Positions 59,001-64,000 of a stretch of 64,000 nt of DNA are shown here, in pieces. The stretch lies in contig CM082576.2 in assembly GCA_040954595.2 (NCBI GenBank), forward strand, positions 11,659,129 to 11,723,128, read 5' to 3'. The notes below the pieces were generated by a model, which saw only the letters and a program-made list of their open reading frames with translations, was not told the DNA's origin and ran no database searches. Source of the stretch: Balanoglossus misakiensis (Eukaryota; Animalia; Hemichordata). Made by a program: the position numbers and the translations under genes. The number at the start of each line of letters is the position of its first letter. Position 1 is the first letter of the stretch.

Positions 59001-61452
59001 GTTTACATAGACAGTGAACTACTCGGAGATGCTGAACATGTGAAGGGGCCTCTGTATGCATTGAAATGGGACCCGGCTTTGTATTGGAATGGACTGCATA
59101 AGATAACAGTTGAGATACAGGTGAGTCATTGATGATCTTTTGTTTCGGGTTAATTTCTATGAAACTTGATGCCATGGTTAATTGCTATTCGTTATTTTGC
59201 AATTTAATTGATTTTTTCCAAAAATGAAAGTGAAGGTCAGCCAAGATTTGTTACAGTTGAAATATGAGAAAGATGTGTACCAGCAATGCCAAATTTAGGA
59301 GACATTTTTTGTGGTCCATAGAGAAGTATTTGCTATCTGTGTATACTGGTAATATACTTTTTTGAATGATAATGATACTTGAAAAGGAAATCTTGTCTAT
59401 ACTTTTTTTTCTCTCTGTAATAGGATGTAATGGGTCACGAAGCATCGCAGAGTCAGTCGTTTTCATTGGACGGAAGTCATCCGGACCAGAGTATCATTTC
59501 AGCGGTCGTTCTCATGCTAGACATTGCAACAGGGGTAGGTTCAGCTTCTTAAGTTAAGAAACACTTCGCTCCATTCCGGTACATAGTCTTGTCAAACGGT
59601 GGTGTTTGTAGCCTCAGACGATAACATGAAATTTGTAAATAAGCAGCAGTTTTGCCCTCTATCATCAAATTTAAAAAAAATGTCACACACAGTCTACAGT
59701 AGATATATCCACAATTATAATTCATGTTTTCTTTTACACCAACTATGAACGAAAGCTGAAAGTTTGTTTTGCCACTGGTTTTGTGCTGACTTACGGACCA
59801 CTTATCTTACTGAGACTTTGTACAAGACCGACGACCGTCAGTAAGTATGCTCCAAATAAAGTGCCTGTGATTAGCTCAATGATCGATGCAGAGAGTGTGT
59901 TTTGTTGAATGATTGGCAAAAATAAATTCTCAATATAAATTTTGTATACCGGTATATTTTGTGTTGCACAAGATGTATAGCTTTTTACAACCATTGGATA
60001 GTAGGTTGTGCATTCTAGTTCCTCAGTAGCAGTAGAAAAACCATGCATCTCAGTTTTTTGAAATCCTGTTTGTAGGTATGGAGGCCAGACCACTGGTGCA
60101 TTCATAGTCATGTTTTTGTTTAATATCATGCGCACATTCACATGCACCTTTTTCATGTTCTAATTTTTCCGAGTCATTCCCTCAGGTTTTCTGTGGATCC
60201 CGTTTGCCAAACTGCCACTGCTGAGGGGCCTCCTCCTACTAGTACACGAAAATGCCCTCTACTATATTATCATGGTTATGGGACTCTGGACTATCATAGG
60301 TGAGAAGCTGTACGTTCTGAACGAGATGTGTATGCAGTGTTTCTGCTAAAGGTTGGGGAACATCGGTAAATGATTTGGCAACCCAAGTGACACATCTGCT
60401 ACCCATTAAAGGGCGACGATTGTCTTATGCACATAAAGAAGACCGTCGGCCTTTAATATGACTGCATTGATACCCCATGGGAGACCCTAGTAAAATGTCT
60501 GGGGAACCCTTGTAACAAAACCCTAAATACCAAAACAGTACTATGATTGTGCATGTTATGTACATGTACTTCTCCATCCGTCCAATCAGGTGTATTGAAA
60601 GATGATCATACCAGAACATATTCTCTATAAATGTGCATCAGCGAGTTATATCAACTTTGATATCCTGACACGAAGATGTGTCATAATTGTCTTCACATGG
60701 TTTCTTAGGTCCCTGGTTCATTGGTGAAATGGTGGATGGACACCTGGGATTTGTGTGTCTCTATGGTGTGTTCGTGAACGGCTCCATCATTCCTGATCCT
60801 ATTATTTACAGAGAGGGATTGTTCGATGTAAGTACCCCAAAAGCAACGTATCAAAGAGTCAAGCTGGCAACCAACAGGAAAATTAAGTGAGCCACTTCAG
60901 CTGATGGCCAAGTCAGTTTACCCATAAATATACTTTAATACTTATTCAAATCATATAGTCTACCTACCTCGGTGTCACTAAAATTTATATTTTTTTTTAC
61001 CTAACACATGAAATATCATACCATGTTTTGTCCACTATCCTTTCCATTGTCATACAATTCCCTTCATTGTTTTCAGCTAACTAGATCTTGCCCCCCCCCC
61101 TCTGTTCTTACAGATGTTGTACGCCCTCGTGCCTTTCGTATTCCATCTGGCTTTGCAAGTGGAGCTGCTATTCCCGGCGGGTCACCACCACCAACTCTCG
61201 GTGGTCAAGTGCCAAAGTAGGGTCTTCCAGAAGGTGTCGTGGTGGCTGAAATTCTGCGTCAGTCAGCTGCTCTTTGCGTGTGCCTTGAAGTGGCTGGTGG
61301 ACTACAGTCGTTTTCTGTGGAGCGGATATGGTACATTGGCGTTTCTGCTCGCTCCCAAGTACACGTGGACAGCGGCAGTGATGGTGTCGCTGTACTTCGC
61401 TGTGTATGGGGCATATTTCAGAGGAAGGAGAAGGCAGTCTGCGAGTCTGTAG
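56033..61452 (+). CDS. TMEM62: Transmembrane protein 62 (calcineurin-like metallophosphoesterase domain plus multi-pass C-terminus)
   Basis: Spliced motifs WFVQ/ISDLHL, LVLAT/GDLTDA, WLDVRGNH/D, KPPFNFFG, FSHYP, LSGHLH, LELELLDWKDNR/QFRVLAFDHDLLS, WPIILITNPKNA and GPWFIGEMVDGHLG. Hydrophobic last exon ends at TAG 61450-61452. Confidence 0.88.
58785..58873. repeat. (CAATA)n pentanucleotide microsatellite in a TMEM62 intron
   Basis: Directly visible, with a degenerate continuation to ~58910. Confidence 0.97.
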
Positions 61453-61977
61453 AAAACGTGCGTCACATTTAACTCGCTATCAAATGATATTTGATTTAAA
61501 TTCTGTGGATGTGTGTCTGGGCTGTCAAACAGCATATGTATGAAAGTTTGTACGTGTCTCGGCCCTCAAGTGAAGACAGTCTTTGAAATTCTGTCTCTGT
61601 GAAATTTGAGACGTTCCAAAGACACTCTGCGAGTCTGTAGAAAATGTGTGTCACATTTAACTTGCTGTCAAATGGTATTTGATTTTAAATTTTTGTGGAT
61701 GTTCGTCTGAGCTGTCAAACAGCATATGTATGAAAGTTTGTACGTGTCTCGGCTCTCAAGCAACAACAGTCTTTGCAATTCTGTCTCTGTGAAATTTGAG
61801 ACGTAGGCAAAGACAGTCTGCGAGTCTGTAGAAAATGTGTGTCACATTTAACTTGCTGTCAAATGGTATTTGATTTTAAATTCTGTGGATGTGTGTCTGG
61901 GCTGTCAAACAGCATAATGTGCGAAAGTGGGTGCGTGTTTTGGCTCTCAAACGAAGACAGTCTTTAAAATTCTGTCT
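61438..61977 (+). repeat. About 190-bp tandem repeat, about 2.9 units, at the TMEM62 stop and 3' UTR
   Basis: Units start TCTGCGAGTCTGTAGAAAA at 61438, 61626 and 61817 and are highly similar. Confidence 0.92.
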
Positions 61978-63119
61978 TAGTGTGAAACAAATGTATTGTC
62001 TGTGATATGTTTAAACTGTGCATGTGGTTGTTCTCAATAAGTGGGTGCAATATTTTAAACTTCGGTGGTGGTTGTCAGTGGTTTATAGAGACAGTTTTTA
62101 AGTATGAAATGGACGTTTCAGTTTGGTAGTCATTCGAGGTCAGCCATGCCGATTGACTGGTGTCCTTTGAATTTTATGTCTGAAATGTGTTCAGATAACT
62201 CATTGTACTACAGTTACTATTACATTTTATTTCAGTCTTGACGCTGGGAATAATTTGTGAAAGAAAAATCTAAATTGGCCTCCTAACCTGAGGAGGTTTG
62301 GCCAGCAATTTGGTGGGTGAGTGAACTGACATGTGCATCAATAGAGTACAAGTAAGGTGTAGGTTTTTGAGTTTTAATCCCATAAAGTACAAGTCTATTA
62401 TATATCTATTAATTGATATCAGCCTCTGTGTGTCTTTATACTTAATGGAGGCTAAATTTATTTGCAACCACTGGTGGCCCAAGCAAGTGGTGGGGATGTA
62501 GTGAAAAACAAGTCAGTTTATATTGTGATAATGTCTTTCATGACTGACTGATTTAGTCCACTGATTGGTTTTAACTTTAAAACATTTGCAGAGGAGTCTG
62601 CTTGCTTCTCCTCAGCGCAATCATCTTCCTGGCTCCTTACTTTCGTCTTGATCCTTTTGATGGGATATGCAGTCTTTCTATGGAAATTGGCACATTTTCA
62701 GGGAACTGAACAATAACTACGCATATTATGTTTTGTTTAACAAAACCCACGTTCATTTTTGCTTGGGTTAAAAATTTAACTAATAATCAGGCCTATTACT
62801 CAATATCATCATGATTCCAAATGCCTTTGATTCAGACTGAGAAACATTTGTGCTGTTCAAATGAACGTGTGTTTTTAGTCGCGTGAACCTGAATTGTGTT
62901 TCTGTTAACCATGTTGCATCGTCATCGTAACAGAAACTGTCAATACACCACGCCGACATCAAGACTCGGTCGTAATTTCTCTAGTTCAAGTTGAGCGTTC
63001 CTGTCGAATGAGGGCGCAAACCGTGCCTGATCCAGACCGGACATGATTGGTTTAAAGTTTAGTGACGTCACACGATTGTCTCTAGAACGTCACGATAGCA
63101 ACGACTGCCACTGTATCCA

Positions 63120-64000
63120 TCAATGCACAACCGACGAGCCATTGCATTTCGTCCGTAATCTTCTGATCACCCATATCAACGGAAACATGGCAGATGCGAT
63201 CAGCAGGAGTGTGCCAGCAAAGTAGAAGGACAGGTCGTAGGATCCGGTCAAATCCAGGAAAAGCCCTGGAAGAATAAGAGGAAGGATATTGCCTGTGTTC
63301 ACTGCATGCAAGCAACGTTTTCCCGTGATGTTAAGAAGATGTTTATATTTACTCTATATTACCATAAACCTAGGATGTTCATCAAAATACGGGGCGTATT
63401 GCTACTAACGACGTGTGTGTGTGTGGAATACTAGTTACATTGGCAAATATCTCACCAGACAGCGGTGGCCCAATGAGAAATCCAGTTCCTGTGCTCAACA
63501 TTATTGTACCAATTCCTTCGACCATTCGTTCCACGCCGACCACCTGTTTGATGACAACCATGTCCAGCGCACAGTACACACCGCGCGACATCCCCATGAC
63601 TACCGAGACGGCCATCAGCTGGCCGTACGTGCTCGTGAAATTAGTAAATGCGGTGCCCAATCCGTACACGCCAGCTGCTAGACCGTGAATACAGGCTTGG
63701 CTTTTGTTGACACCAGCGAAATCGAGAAGGACTCCAGTTGCCAGAGATGTCACACAGCCGGTTATCCCTAAGACGGACATGATGAAAGACGCTCTGACGT
63801 CATCAATGCCCATGTGAACTGTTTTATCGACTAGGTGAGACATGGGAATGCTGTTTCCGACATTCAGAACGAACCTGTAAACCCAGAGGAGTATGAATAA
63901 TGGACGTTCTCGAAACAGCGCAACGAAGCCGCATAGAAGTGTCGCCAGTTGTGTTCGTTGTTTTTCATCGCTGTTTGCCTCAGTTTCACCAATTTCACTA
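63120..64000 (-). CDS. Monocarboxylate transporter (SLC16/MCT family, MFS), last two exons; 5' part lies outside the window
   Basis: Exon >64000-63456 encodes GFVALFRERPLF...PMSHLVDKT..MGIDDVRASFIMSVLGI..VVGVERMVEGIG..GFLIGPPLSG; exon 63265-63120 encodes LFLDLTGSYDLSFYFAG, typical of MCT TM11-12. Confidence 0.82.

Noticed and set aside
58655-59010. ORFs with (YCIVL)n/(QYNTI)n repeats
   Set aside because: Translation of the (CAATA)n microsatellite.

Overview
Eukaryotic, intron-rich animal DNA, probably a marine invertebrate (inferred from short GT-AG introns, AT-rich introns and microsatellites; the species cannot be determined). Exons were assembled by eye, so boundaries are approximate. Gene order: 5' part of ABCD4 (-); two tandem APMAP/strictosidine-synthase-like genes (+); four tandem, 9-exon BCKDHA genes (branched-chain 2-oxo-acid dehydrogenase E1-alpha, copies A-D, +); OTUB1 (-); NVL (-); PTCD3/mS39 (+, only two coding exons); FAM177A1 (-); TMEM62 (+); and the 3' part of an SLC16/MCT-type transporter (-). 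The most striking observation is the BCKDHA array. Copy A keeps the canonical BCKDK phosphorylation loop ([13 protein letters not shown]). Copies B, C and D have open frames and mitochondrial-type leaders, but all replace the inhibitory site-1 serine with glycine (HHGT). They also share an about 23-aa N-terminal expansion and altered substrate-pocket and K+-site segments, and copy B lacks SDDSS altogether. This suggests a family of kinase-insensitive, possibly neofunctionalised E1-alpha subunits. The B/C duplication breakpoint, likely gene-conversion patches, several MITE-like elements, long palindromes, a LINE RT remnant and a 190-bp repeat containing the TMEM62 stop codon are also visible. 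There are no prokaryotic features, CRISPR arrays or recognisable RNA genes.
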